Of a stretch of 64,000 nucleotides of DNA, positions 43,406 through 57,200 are shown piece by piece (the first letter of the stretch is position 1; the number at the start of each line of letters is the position of its first letter). The DNA is from Bugula neritina (Eukaryota; Animalia; Bryozoa). The notes under the pieces were generated by a model that was given only the letters and a program-made list of their open reading frames with translations, did not search any database and was not told where the DNA came from. The stretch is taken from positions 124,001-188,000 of the forward strand of contig OZ037768.1 of the NCBI GenBank assembly GCA_964035545.1. The letters are read 5' to 3'. The position numbers and the translations under genes are program-made.

Positions 43406-45152
43406 CTCATAGCACAATATAATATAATAATAAACTAACCATGGTGATATACTTATAGCCTATTCATAGCACAATATAATATGATAATAAACTAACCATG
43501 GTGATATACTTATAGCCTATTCATAGCACAATATAATATGATAATAAACTCACCATGGTGATATACTTATAGCCTATTCATAGCACAATATAATATAATA
43601 AACTAACCATGGTGATATACTTATAGCCTATTCATAGCACAATATAATATGATAATAAACTCACCATGGTGATATACTTATAGCCTATTCATAGCACAAT
43701 ATAATATGATAATAAACTCACCATGGTGATATACTTATAGCCTATTCATAGCACAATATAATATAATAAACTAACCATGGTGATATACTTATAGCCTATT
43801 CATAGCACAATATAATATGATAATAAACTAACCATGGTGATATACTTATAGCCTATTCATAGCACAATATAATATGATAAACTAACCATGGTGATATACT
43901 TATAGCCTATTCATAGCACAATATAATATGATAATAAACTCACCATGGTGATATACTTATAGCCTATTCATAGCACAATATAATATGATAATAAACTAAC
44001 CATGGTGATATACTTATAGCCTATTCATAGCACAATATAATATGATAATAAACTAACCATGGTGATATACTTATAGCCTATTCATAGCACAATATAATAT
44101 AATAAACTAACCATGGCAATATACTTATAGCCTATTCATAGCACAATATAATATGATAATAAACTAACCATGGTGATATACTTATAGCCTATTCATAGCA
44201 CAATATAATATGATAATAAACTCACCATGGTGATATACTTATAGCCTATTCATAGCACAATATAATATAATAAACTAACCATGGCAATATACTTATAGCC
44301 TATTCATAGCACAATATAATATGATAATAAACTCACCATGGCAATATACTTATAGCCTATTCATAGCACAATATAATATGATAATAAACTCACCATGGCA
44401 ATATACTTATAGCCTATTCATAGCACAATATAATATGATAATAAACTAACCATGGTGATATACTTATAGCCTATTCATAGCACAATATAATATGATAATA
44501 AACTCACCATGGTGATATACTTATAGCCTATTCATAGCACAATATAATATAATAAACTAACCATGGCAATATACTTATAGCCTATTCATAGCACAATATA
44601 ATATGATAATAAACTCACCATGGCAATATACTTATAGCCTATTCATAGCACAATATAATATGATAATAAACTAACCATGGTGATATACTTATAGCCTATT
44701 CATAGCACAATATAATATGATAATAAACTCACCATGGTGATATACTTATAGCCTATTCATAGCACAATATAATATGATAATAAACTCACCATGGTGATAT
44801 ACTTATAGCCTATTCATAGCACAATATAATATGATAATAAACTCACCATGGTGATATACTTATAGCCTATTCATAGCACAATATAATATGATAATAAACT
44901 AACCATGGTGATATACTTATAGCCTATTCATAGCACAATATAATATGATAATAAACTCACCATGGTGATATTCTTATAGCCTATTCATAGCACAATATAA
45001 TATGATAATAAACTCACCATGGTGATATACTTATAGCCTATTCATAGCACAATATAATATGATAATAAACTAACCATGGTGATATACTTATAGCCTATTC
45101 ATAGCACAATATAATATGATAATAAACTCACCATGGTGATATACTTATAGCC
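43406..45152. repeat. 54-57-bp minisatellite (~31 copies) downstream of cyclin E, nearly every copy with AATAAA
   Basis: tcatagcacaatataatatgataataaactWaccatggtgatatacttatagcctat. Confidence 0.97.
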
Positions 45153-45577
45153 ATTTTATAGTCGAATGATGACGCAAAGTAAATGAAGTAATGCAAACAG
45201 ACCAATATTTAAAAAAAGAAATTGCAGTTAAATTTCAATATTTGACAAATGTGATGAAAATATATATTATATTATTATTATAATATATTATATTATAATA
45301 TATTAAATTATAAGCAGAAGGCGCACATTGTGTATCACATAGGGAGAGCTGAGTAATACACAGTTTATCATATACTCTCTCTGTTGGCAGGTGTTGGCAG
45401 GTGTTGGCAGGTTCTCTTGAGTGATTATAGTAGTTATTATACTTACTATGTTATTGAATATATTACATCTCACTGCATTATCTGTTATTATGCTGCATGA
45501 AACTAACTTTAAACTATCTCAAACTCATTGTGACAAAATGTTCACCTAGGTCCTAGACTGTAGACCAACTGCAACTG

Positions 45578-46225
45578 CTACTACTCTCCCCTCTGCTACT
45601 TCCCCCTCTGCTACTCTCCCCTCCGCTACTACTCCCCTCCGCTATTCCCCTCTGCTACTCCCCCCTCTTCTACTCCCCCCTCTGCTACTCCCCCTCTGCT
45701 ACTCCCCCCTCTGCTACTTCCCTCTCTGCTACTTCCCCTCTGCTACTCCTCCCTCTGCTACTCCCCCCTCTGCTACTCCCCCCTCTGCTACTCCCCCCTC
45801 TGCTACTTCCCCTCCGTTACTCCCCCCTCTGCTATACTCTGTCACATGTCACATTCAACAAATTGTTTGAGCCAAAAGCCACCATCTTCGTGTTGATTGC
45901 CTTTCCCTAGAACCTAGTGTGGACAGCATTGTTCCATGTTGATATACATGCTCCACCTACAAGCTTCACCTACATGCTTCACCTACATGCTTCACCTACA
46001 TGCTTCACCTACAAGCTTCACCTACAAGCTTCACCTACAAGCTTCACCTACATGCTCCACCTACAAGCTCCACCTACATGCTCCACCTACAAGCTTCACC
46101 TACATGCTTCACCTACATGCTCCACCTACAAGCTTCACCTACATGCTTCACCTACATGCTTCACCTACAAGCTTCACCTACATGCTTCACCTACATGCTT
46201 CACCTACATGCTTCACCTACATGCT
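45578..46225. repeat. C-rich ~15-bp array (45578-45835) and 13-bp array (45946-46225)
   Basis: tactcccccctctgc; cacctacaWgctt. Confidence 0.9.
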
Positions 46226-46684
46226 TTACTCATGTTTCACGTACACTTTTCACATTTGATGGAGCGCATGTCATGTGCCTCATTGAGATAGGAATTCTGA
46301 TTAGTAAATAGTGTAAAGTGGTCGTCACGAGGTGTTGCATATTTTAGGAATAGATGAGGAACTATTTACTATTATGGTTTTCCCAGGACTACAGACTCTC
46401 ATTATATTATTATATTTTAGCAATGAGGGTAGAGAATTTGAACAATTGCCCACTCATGATCACATGACACACTCATGATCATGTGACACACTAGTCAAGT
46501 CACACGATATTTCATCACAAATTAATTAACCTGGGATTTCTAAGATAAGTACAACCTATTGCAGCATAGTTGATGCGGCACTATGCAATGACAACTACAG
46601 CTACACGTGGCGTTTGCACAGTGAGAGAGTCACTCTCATGAGATAAACTGCATGATAACTTGGTACTTAGTTGAGTCAGTAAAG

Positions 46685-46693
46685 ATATAAAAG
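46685..46693 (+). promoter_or_regulatory. TATA box upstream of the ependymin-related gene
   Basis: ATATAAAAG ~115 bp before the ATG, followed ~25-30 nt later by Inr-like TCAGTC. Confidence 0.5.
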
Positions 46694-46800
46694 TGGTGCG
46701 TTGCAGTCATCAGTCATCACTCACCACAGCTCTGGGTTCACTTGGCTCATTCATTCATATAAATATTATTATTAGCTCAAGTATTATCACGTAACGTAAA

Positions 46801-49800
46801 ATGATGACCCAGACGTTGGCAGCATTGTTGTTGCTGTGCGCAGCAGCATCAGCTAAGGTGTGCACACCTAACCAATTCCAAGGAGCTATTTTTGCCAAAA
46901 TTGGTCAGCTGGTACAAGGGCAGACGCAAGTTGTATCCGTCAGGTGAGTGAATCACTATGATAGGCGTAGAGACTACTTCCATATCACAACACTTGGTTA
47001 CATATGTAGTTGATGTGTTCAACACGTCAATGGCTTTCTTATAGCATTACTCTATATCATCACAAGACCTCAATGGGAAGATCAAACATTTTGATTCAAG
47101 ACTAAGTCTTCTGTACAGTGTTTGACTTCAGGTTAAATTCATAAATGTGGGTATTTAAAGAAAGTGTGGTGCTGTTGCAAACTAACATATCTTTTCTAAT
47201 AATTTTTTTTATTTCCAATATGGCAATTGTAGTGGTAGTAGCAGTAGTAGCCGTAGTAGTGGTAGTAAGAGTTTATACTAAACGTTATAAAGGCTATATC
47301 AAACTTATGAGAGAAACATACCCATAATGCATTGCTAACCACTTCCTCTTGCAGAGGAATGCAGTATGAAGACCACATGAAGAAAGTTGTGGCAGTGAGA
47401 CAGTCAGTGGAATTCGACTCCCAGATCATGCAGAGTCTTATCATCGCTGACTTCAACACGGTAACTCGCAACTTATAACTGGTAACTCGTAACTTATAAC
47501 TGGTAACTCGCAACTTATAACTGGTAACTCGTAACTTATAGCTAGTAACTCGTAACTTATAGCTAGTAACTCGTAACTTATAGCTAGCAACTTGTAACTA
47601 ATAACTATTAATTAGTAACTTATACAGTAAGTAACTCATAACTAATAGTCAGTAGCTCGTAACTCTCAATTTGCATGTTTGACTTGCTTACCTAAGATTG
47701 TACCTGAACTATTATCATTTTAATAACTACTTATATACATAATTAATTCTAATTATTAAAATGAGTGAGATGAAAGCTACGGGTTTTTACGATGTCATGT
47801 GATATGTTATGATATTTTGTATAATATATCAATGTCACAATTGTAGAATAAAATGTACAACATAAACCCAGAGTCAAAGAAATGTGATGTCACTTCTATA
47901 CCATCAGGTTACCCATTTAGACAGTACTGCGAAGGGGACAGTAAGTATACATTGTATATACAGTAAGTATATAATTATTATATATACAGTAAGTACACAT
48001 TGTATATACAGTAAGTATACATTGTATACAGTAAGTATATATTATATATACAGTAAGTATATATAATATATACAGTAAGTATATATTATATATACATAAG
48101 TATATATTATATATACAGTAAGTATATATTATACATACATAAGTATAATGTATTGTAGAAGTAGGTAGTTGGCGTATTTAATTAGGACGTCTATTTACTC
48201 AGCTGTTTCCTCTGAAATTCTAAATCAGTATCCCAGAAGGCCCTTCAGTTAGCCTTGTTTCTCGTTACAGAGTCTCTTGACTTATTGGCAACTATAAATG
48301 TGGGCGGAGAGGAAGCTCTGGTGTACAAGGTGCTAAATTCTAGTACCTCGTCACAAATCACCGTCTTCAAGAAGGATTTCACAAGAGTGTCATCTCTCAT
48401 AGGACAAGACTTCTTAGGATGTAAGTCTGAAGTGTCCAATACTACTATATAGACGATGAAGTATTGAATTGTGTTTATGTCTGACATCTCCTTTAACATG
48501 TCTTCTGTCTAAGCTAGTCAACTAATTAAATCAAGATCATGTTGATGTTACAGTTCCCCAGTTTCTCGCCTACCAATATGGTAACACTTCGGATAAGATA
48601 ACTCACCAAGGGGTGTTTGATATTCCAAGCTTCTGTAACCCCCCCAAAGCAAAGCCTGCTGCCCCCAGTGCCCCCGCCAGAGTATGCAGCCTGCCGCAGT
48701 TTGAGATGGAGGCTATCGGCGAGATTGGGCAGGTGGTGAACGGACAGCCGATGCAATTCCCTTACGCTTTGAAGTCGTCTTGGGATTACACCAACAAGAT
48801 TGAGGCCACAGTTTCTGAGGCCTTCTATGATGGTCAAGTTTTCAAAACGGCAACAGTGACTGACTGGCGCCAGGTACTGTGTGATTCTGGGGCTTCAAGT
48901 GCATTTCACTTGAGACGCTGTGCTTCCTTTTCTATGAACATATGATTTATGCATCTTGTAATATGTTACTATCATAATAGCATGTGGTTTCTGCATGGTA
49001 AAACATATGCTGGCTGATACACTGTAGGGTAAAGTGTTTGTCATCGATCATATCAAAAGAACTTGCCAGGCGTTAAAGACTCCAGGACCTGATATGATAG
49101 AGTTGTGTTCTGATAATCGTGAGTTGTTATACACTAAACTATACTCATACAAGACATATATTATGCTATAACTTGTTATACACTAAACTATACCCATACA
49201 AGACATATATTATACTATAACTACTACTGCATGATAAACACATGAGTCGTTTATGTTTATAGCGATGCTGAAACTGGTGGCAGAATTCAGTGTGGGTGAC
49301 AAGATGGCCTCCATGTATGAAATGGTCTACGGGAACGTGTCCTCGGTTTCTACTATGTTTAGTGACACTTTTGAGCTGATATCTGGTGTGGCATTGCAAA
49401 CTCTTGCAGGATGTAAGTGAGATCTTGTATAATATACCACGTGACTCATAATATCAGCATGTGACTCATAATATACCATGTGACTCATAATATTACCATA
49501 TTACTCATAATATTATCATGTGACTCATAATATCACCATGTGACTCATAATATACCATGTGACTCATAATATACCATGTGACTCATAATATTACCATATG
49601 ACTCATAATATACCATGTGACTCATAATATTACCACATGACTCATAATATTACCATATGACTCATAATATACCATGTGACTCATAATATTACCATATGAC
49701 TCGTAATATTACCATGTGACTCATAATATCAACACAATGTAGCTGTTAGTATATTACTCTAACCTGATCTACTAACTTATATTTTCAGTCCCTCAAATGG

Positions 49801-49880
49801 TTGCTTCCCAGTACGGTAATATGACCAAAGGAATTACTGACAGGAGCGTGTTCAAGATTCCCTCCTATTGCAACCAGTAG
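46801..49880 (+). CDS. Secreted ependymin-related protein (EPDR) with two tandem ependymin domains (~381 aa)
   Basis: Exons 46801-46943, 47355-47460, 47847-47940, 48271-48420, 48554-48873, 49028-49118, 49263-49412, 49789-49880(TAG). Signal peptide MMTQTLAALLLLCAAASA. Domain 1 'VCTPNQFQG...DFNTNKMYNI..KC..VFDIPSFC', Pro/Ala linker, domain 2 'VCSLPQFEM...DWRQGKVFVI..TC..VFKIPSYC'. Confidence 0.85.
47461..48145. repeat. Donor-seeded arrays in EPDR introns 2 and 3
   Basis: 21-bp gtaactcgcaacttataactg (47461-47600); aca|gtaagta-based array (47938-48145). Confidence 0.85.
49428..49730. repeat. ~21-bp intronic minisatellite
   Basis: ataatataccatgtgactc variants. Confidence 0.9.
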
Positions 49881-50190
49881 TGGATCCAGAACCCCTTCCT
49901 TACACAGCACGTTGGACATCTTCTTTATTCTAGCTACTTATGATTTGACCTCCTTGAGTTACCTAAACTTTTATGTAAACATCTATCTGTAACCAACGAC
50001 TAAGATTTTAAATTTTACTACAGTAACTAATTTGACCTTCACCTTAAAAACTATTGCAGTGTGTAATTTCTTTATTTTGTAGTGTTACTGTAGTTGCTTC
50101 AAGATTCTTTTCTATACTATTCTGATTTCCTATTTACTGCTTTGTCATAAATAAATCAACTGAAATGAAGATGTATTCTGCGTAGTTTCT

Positions 50191-51531
50191 GTATTATATT
50201 ATTATATACTATACTATGTAGTATTATATTATTATACAGTATACTATGTAGTATTATATTATTATACAGTATACTATGTAGTATTATACTATTATACAGT
50301 ATACTATGTAGTATTATGTTATTATACAGTATACTATGTAGTATTATATTATTACACAGTATACTATGTAGTATTATATTATTATACAGTATACTATTTA
50401 GTATTATATTATTATATACTATACTATGTAGTATTATATTATTATACAGTATACTATGTAGTATTATATTATTATACAGTATACTATGTAGTATTATATT
50501 ATTATACAGTATACTATGTAGTATTATATTATTATACAGTATACTATGTAGTATTATATTATTATATAGTATACTATGTAGTATTATATTATTATATACT
50601 ATACTATGTAGTATTATATTATTATACAGTATACTATGTAGTATTATATTACTATATAGTATACTATGTAGTATTATATTATTATACAGTATACTATTTA
50701 GTATTATATTATTATATACTATACTATGTAGTATTATATTATTATACAGTATACTATGTAGTATTATATTACTATATAGTATACTATGTAGTATTATATT
50801 ATTATACAGTATACTATGTAGTATTATATTATTATACAGTATACTATTTAGTATTATATTATTATATACTAGACTATGTAGTATTATATTATTATATAGT
50901 ATACTATGTAGTATTATATTATTATACAGTATACTATGTAGTATTATATTATTATACAGTATACTATGTAGTATTATATTATTATACAGTATACTATGTA
51001 GTATTATATTATTATATACTATACTATGTAGTATTATATTATTATACAGTATACTATGTAGTATTATATTATTATATAGTATACTATGTAGTATTATATT
51101 ATTATACAGTATACTATGTAGTATTATATTACTATATAGTATACTATGTAGTATTATATTATTATACAGTATACTATTTAGTATTATATTATTATATACT
51201 ATACTATGTAGTATTATATTATTATACAGTATACTATGTAGTATTATATTACTATATAGTATACTATGTAGTATTATATTATTATACAGTATACTATGTA
51301 GTATTATATTACTATATAGTATACTATGTAGTATTATATTATTATACAGTATACTATGTAGTATTATATTATTATACAGTATACTATTTAGTATTATATT
51401 ATTATATACTATACTATGTAGTATTATATTATTATATAGTATACTATGTAGTATTATATTATTATACAGTATACTATGTAGTATTATATTATTATACAGT
51501 ATACTATGTAGTATTATATTATTATACAGTT
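50191..51531. repeat. 30-bp minisatellite (~45 copies)
   Basis: gtattatattattatacagtatactatgta. Confidence 0.97.
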
Positions 51532-52050
51532 CTATACTCTAAATGGATTCTTGTCACTCTACAAGTTTCACTACAAGTTTCAAAGTTGTCTTTTCTTAAA
51601 AAAGACAATTCCAAATTATTTGGCTTTTGCATAGCATATCAGTTATATAATATAAAATATGAGTTATAGCATATAGCATATGGGTTATAGCATATAGCAT
51701 ATAGCATATGAGTTATAGCATATGCCATATAGTGAAGGCTACTTGCAAGGGTACTAATAAACTACACAATAACACATTTCTTCTTGTCACTTTGTCACTC
51801 TGCTATCCCTTTCATGCTGCGTAATTAAGAGTTATCATCCACTCCTGTTTTATCTTACAAGCATTATTTATGAAGGTACTGTATATACATGGAAGCTACA
51901 GGTAATGCTATGTTAGAAAACTCATTACAGCAATCAACAGCTACCTAGCTGCCAACTCCACCAACATTTATTTCTCACTACTGCATCCACTTTATTTTTT
52001 TATAGAAGTTAAATTGTTAATGGATAGACAAGGAAACAGCTATTAGTTAA

Positions 52051-52325
52051 CTAGCTGGTCTGGTAGAGTGACACTATACAGCAGGTTAGCTAGCTGGTCT
52101 GGTAGAATGACACTATACAGCAGGTTAGCTAGCTGATCTGGTAGAGTGACACTATACAGCAGGTTATCTAGCTGGTCTGGTAGAGTGACACTATACAGCA
52201 GGTTAACTAGCTGGTCTGGTAGAGTGACACTATACAGCAGGTTATCTAGCTGGTCTGGTAGAGTGACACTATACAGCAGGTTATCTAGCTGGTCTGGTAG
52301 AGTGACACTATACAGCAGGTTAGCA
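52051..52325. repeat. 39-bp minisatellite (7 copies)
   Basis: ctagctggtctggtagagtgacactatacagcaggttaN. Confidence 0.93.
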
Positions 52326-52884
52326 AATGTGGCCAATAGTTACCCTTTTGAGTAGCTGTTTTGTGATCACTCAACTATGTCTTGAGTTTTAATATCGCAG
52401 GTCAGTTATTGTGTTTGTGGAAATGGGGGAGTGGTCAATTAACAATTCTCCTTAAATTAGCATGTAAGTATAACATGTAAGTAGGACATGCAGGCATAAC
52501 GTATAAGCATAACTTGTAAGAATAGATATGAATACAGACCTAGCTGCTAAGCCATTATCCAGGTGTGTACCTCTAAAACCTGCAATTTGCTGTCTTCAGA
52601 TTTTAATGGCAGATTCTGTGTAGCCTAACAGAGGCTAAGTGGTATTGGTGACGTATTTAAATTGGTTTTAAGTTTGTAAAGTAGCGAGTATCTTATATCA
52701 AGTAGTTATGTTTTATGAGGTTGAGCTAAATCAACTTACATTTAGTCTGAAAACGAGTCAAATGATAAAGAAAATCTGTTTTTCGGGTTAAAACTGAAAA
52801 CTATAGCAATTTGAAATTTAGGTCAAAATTATAGCTGGTGCTTTGAAGCTTTTCCAAGAAGATGTTTCTTCTTTTTGTTTGCAG

Positions 52885-53118
52885 TCTCTGTTTAGTCTCT
52901 GTCTATTCTCTGTCTATTCTCTGTCTATTCCCTGTCTAGTCTCTGTCTAGTCTCCGTCTAGTCTCCGTCTAGTCTCCGTCTAGTCTCAGTCTAGTCTCCG
53001 TCTATTCTTCGTCTATTCTCCGTCTATTCTCCGTCTAGTCTCTGTCTAGTCTCTGTCTAGTCTCTGTCTAGTATCTGTCTATTCTCTGTCTAGTCTCTGT
53101 CTAGTCTCTGTCTAGTCT
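52885..53118. repeat. 11-bp repeat
   Basis: ctctgtctagt. Confidence 0.9.
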
Positions 53119-54211
53119 TATTAATTTCCTCCCCTTTTGCCATATCATGTTTTATTAAAATTGTAATAACATGACAGTAAATATTAGTGACTGCAGAATG
53201 TGGAAGGACTCATTTACAAAATTGTGACCTGATTTGAGTGATCAGAAAGTTGAAACACATAAAAGCACAGCAGGTTATTATTCATATCAAGTCCTCATTT
53301 GTTAGCTCTCACCAGTGTATTATTTGATGAGATAAACCAAGGTCAAATATTCTACCAAAATGCCGTTTGTGTTTGAACTCTAAAGCATTGTAATCAGAAA
53401 TAGCACTAGTTTTAGCAATATATATATAGCATGAAAAGATTTTTGTCTGTGAAACATAGCAATTCCACTCCAAACCCACATGCTAGACTAAAGTTTACAA
53501 ACCTAAGCTAAGCAACTATCTAATTCTGTGTACCAGGATATTTTTGCATATCAATTAATTTTATTTCCATGGACTGCTGTGACAGGTTGAAGTGTAACCT
53601 TTCAGCCCCAACATGCTAATATAATGACTGAATGTAAATGGCAGGAGTGTAACTGATTGGGGGATTTTACATCCAGTGCTAATATCTACCAACTATTTTA
53701 CTAAACTGATATTTCTCTGCAAACATGAATATTATGCCATTGCTATAAATTTATTATATTAACCACAATCTATTCATGAATTATAAACTTTTATTGCCAG
53801 ACAATTTGGGACACCAAAAAAGCACAGAGTTGGCAAACCTTGGAAGACTATTCAATCCACCACTGTAAAGTCTTAAACACGACAATAACATAATTTCCAG
53901 GGTTTCCCCAAACATCATCATTATTTTATGTAGTAAAGTTTTTAACTTTTCAGTGCAGAAGTTTCTAAAACTCAGCATTGTAAGTATTCTAGAGTGAGAC
54001 AAGCACTGCAGTGTACAGGGCTAGCTAATCGGATATTTAATGCAGCGTACAGTCATATCAAATTAGTTTTATTTTACAAGATGAAAATGAGAAGATTTAC
54101 ACACAAAATGGTCTCTGCAAAACTTTAAATGACTGCATAGGGTTTTTGTTAATGGGTTGTACGTTGATTTTATTTATTGGTTATGTTTAGGCAGAAGTTA
54201 AACTTGAAGAG

Positions 54212-57200
54212 ATGAGCTCCAAGAATTCAGGTATTTTATAGACTAGTTATAGAGTAGTTATAGACTAGTTATAGACTAGTTATAGAGTAGTTATAGACTA
54301 GTTATAGAGTAGTTATTATAGAGTAGTATTATAGAGTAGATATAGAATAGTTATACAGTAGTTATAGAGTAGTTATATAGAGTAGTTATAGAGTAGTTAT
54401 AGAGTAGTTGTAGAGTAGTTATAGAGTAGTTATATAGAGTAGTATATAGTAGATATAGATCAGTTATAGAGTAGTTATATAGAGTAGTTATAGAGTAGTT
54501 ATAGAGTAGTTATATAGAGTAGTTATATAGAGTAGTTATAGAGTAGTTATAGAGTAGTTATATAGAGTAGTTATAGAGTAGTTATAGAGTAGTTATATAT
54601 AGAGTAGTTATAGAGTAGTTAATATATAGAGAAATGGTAGAATAATGATAAAGGAATATAAACTATTATAATTATACTGCAGGAAGAAAACACAAGCCAG
54701 CCAAATTAGAGAAATTTGCAATGAAATTCAGCTTTATTTTCTCATCAAAGAAAAGTGAGTGAATATTCTCTGGTATTATAGCGAGCTGTCTAACTCTCAC
54801 TGATGTCTAACTCTCACTGATGTCTAACTCTCACTGATGTCTAACTCTCACTGATGTCTAACTCTCACTGATGTCTAACTCTCACTGATGTCTAACTCTC
54901 ACTGATGTCTAACTCTCACTGATGTCTAACTCTCACTGATGTCTAACTCTCACTGATGTCTAACTCTCACTGATGTCTAACTCTCACTGATGTCTAACTC
55001 TCACTGATGTCTAACTCTCACTGATGTCTAACTCTCACTGATGTCTAACTCTCACTGATGTCTAACTCTCACTGATGTCTAACTCTCACTGATGTCTAAC
55101 TCTCACTGATGTCTAACTCTCACTGATGTCTAACTCTCACTGATGTCTAACTCTCACTGATGTCTAACTTTATTGTGTATATTAATCACATCAAACTGAC
55201 ACCCTAGCTCAAGGTTACTTTGCTGTAGAACCTATTTGAGTGTTATTATGGCAATGACAGTTGTTCAGTGAACTCACAACTTCTAAACTGACACCATAAA
55301 ATTAGATATTTCAGTTAAATACCAACTATTGGATAGAATCATCACCCAATAGCACCTGTCTTTCAATACTTCATTACTTATTGATCAGCTTGCCTGAGGA
55401 TGGCTACTCAGTAAGCCCACATCACTGAAATGTAGCTACTAACTGGTGCTTGTATTTCATATCATTGCGTCTTTTTTCAGCTAGAAAAGCTAAAGAGAAA
55501 TCGAAGCCTTCAAACTTGAAGAAAAATGTGCCTTTGTGTAAGTCAAAATTGCTCAATAAGATTTTAACTATAAATAATATTAAAATCATCTGTCTTGTTC
55601 CCACCAGGAAAGGATAGATCTGCATAATTTCATTTTCAGCAATGCACAATAGAAACTGTTAAGTATGTTTATTAATATATAATTTATTGTTGAGAATGAT
55701 ATTTATATTAGTGTTGGTAATATTGTTAGTGCTAATTGCTAATGCTGTAGTATTAGCATTATTGATGGTAAATACAATGCAATAAGAAACCAACTAAGAA
55801 ATTTGGGTAAAATATTGTCGAATTTCTAAAAAAGAGTTTTGAAAAACAGTTGTATGCTATTTTGTTAAATAATGAGTATAAATAACAGTAGGCATGTTCA
55901 TTCACATATTTGTCAGCCAGGGTGTGTGAGTAAAAGTAATATTTAGTATTCTTCATCATATTACAGTTGACAGGTCACACTCTATGTTAGACCTGACTCA
56001 GCACGAGCGAGACTTCTTAGAGGCGGGGCATTCCGAATATAAGGAGAACGACTACTGTAAGTCTAGCCTTAGTACCATGCTACTCTGTGTAGCCTTAGTA
56101 CCATACTACTCTGTGTAGACTTAGTACCATACTACTCTGTGTAGCCTTAGTACCATACTACTCTGTGTAGACTTAGTACCATACTACTCTGTGTAGCCTT
56201 AGTACCATACTACTCTGTGCAGCCTTAGTACCATACTACTCTGTGCAGCCTTAGTACCATACTACTCTGTGTAGCCTTAGTACCATACTACTCTGTGTAG
56301 ACTTAGTACCATACTACTCTGCGTAGACTTAGTACCATACTACTCTGTGTAGCCTTAGTACCATACTACTCTGTGTAGACTTAGTACCATACTACTCTGC
56401 GTAGACTTAGTACCATACTACTCTGTGTAGACTTAGTACCATACTACTCTGTGTAGACTTAGTACCATACTACTCTGTGTAGACTTAATACCATACTACT
56501 CTGTATAGACTTAGTGCCATAAGTTGATATGATATAATTTTAGTTGACACAGTTTCCCTCTGTAACCCAATACTGGAACATGCTGAAATGCCGTCTGCTA
56601 GGTGGAGTAGAGAGGGTAAGTGTCCCCAGCCAAGTGATAGAATGAAAGTTTACATCTTCTCAATATTCCTTATAATAGCTGACAACAGCTACCACAGTTA
56701 TTCCTAGTATAATGACATCATCTCTGACAGGGTGAGCATGCAACTCCAACTTGTGTCTAATGGTTATATTTCTGTGTAAATTCTGGGTGAAGTCTTCTAC
56801 TCTGCTGACTTCTTACAGCTGGCAGCGTGAGTCAGAGCAGCTTAGCAGCAGCGTGTGTGCTGTCAGCCACCAGCTACAACACCTCTGCCTCCCCTCGTAC
56901 TGGGAGCTCCTTCTATACTACTTACTGTAAGTTACATATCAGTATATATTACTTACTGTAAGTTACATATCAGTATATAACACTTACTGTAAGTTACATA
57001 TCAGTATATAACACTTACTGTAAGTTACATATCAGTACATAATACTTACTGTAAGTTACATATCAATATATAATACTTACTGTACATATCAGTATATAAT
57101 ACTTACTATAAGTTACATATCAGTATATAATACTTACTGTAACTAAGTTACATATCAGTATATAATACTTACTGTAAGTTACATATCAGTATATAATACT

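Noticed and set aside
43406-45152. X-box-like ACCATGGTGAT/ACCATGGCAAT in the 57-bp array
   Set aside because: Lacks a proper GTTNC/RAC half-site; much weaker than the 21652 array.
50316-51542. 408-aa hydrophobic ORF
   Set aside because: Pure 30-bp tandem repeat.
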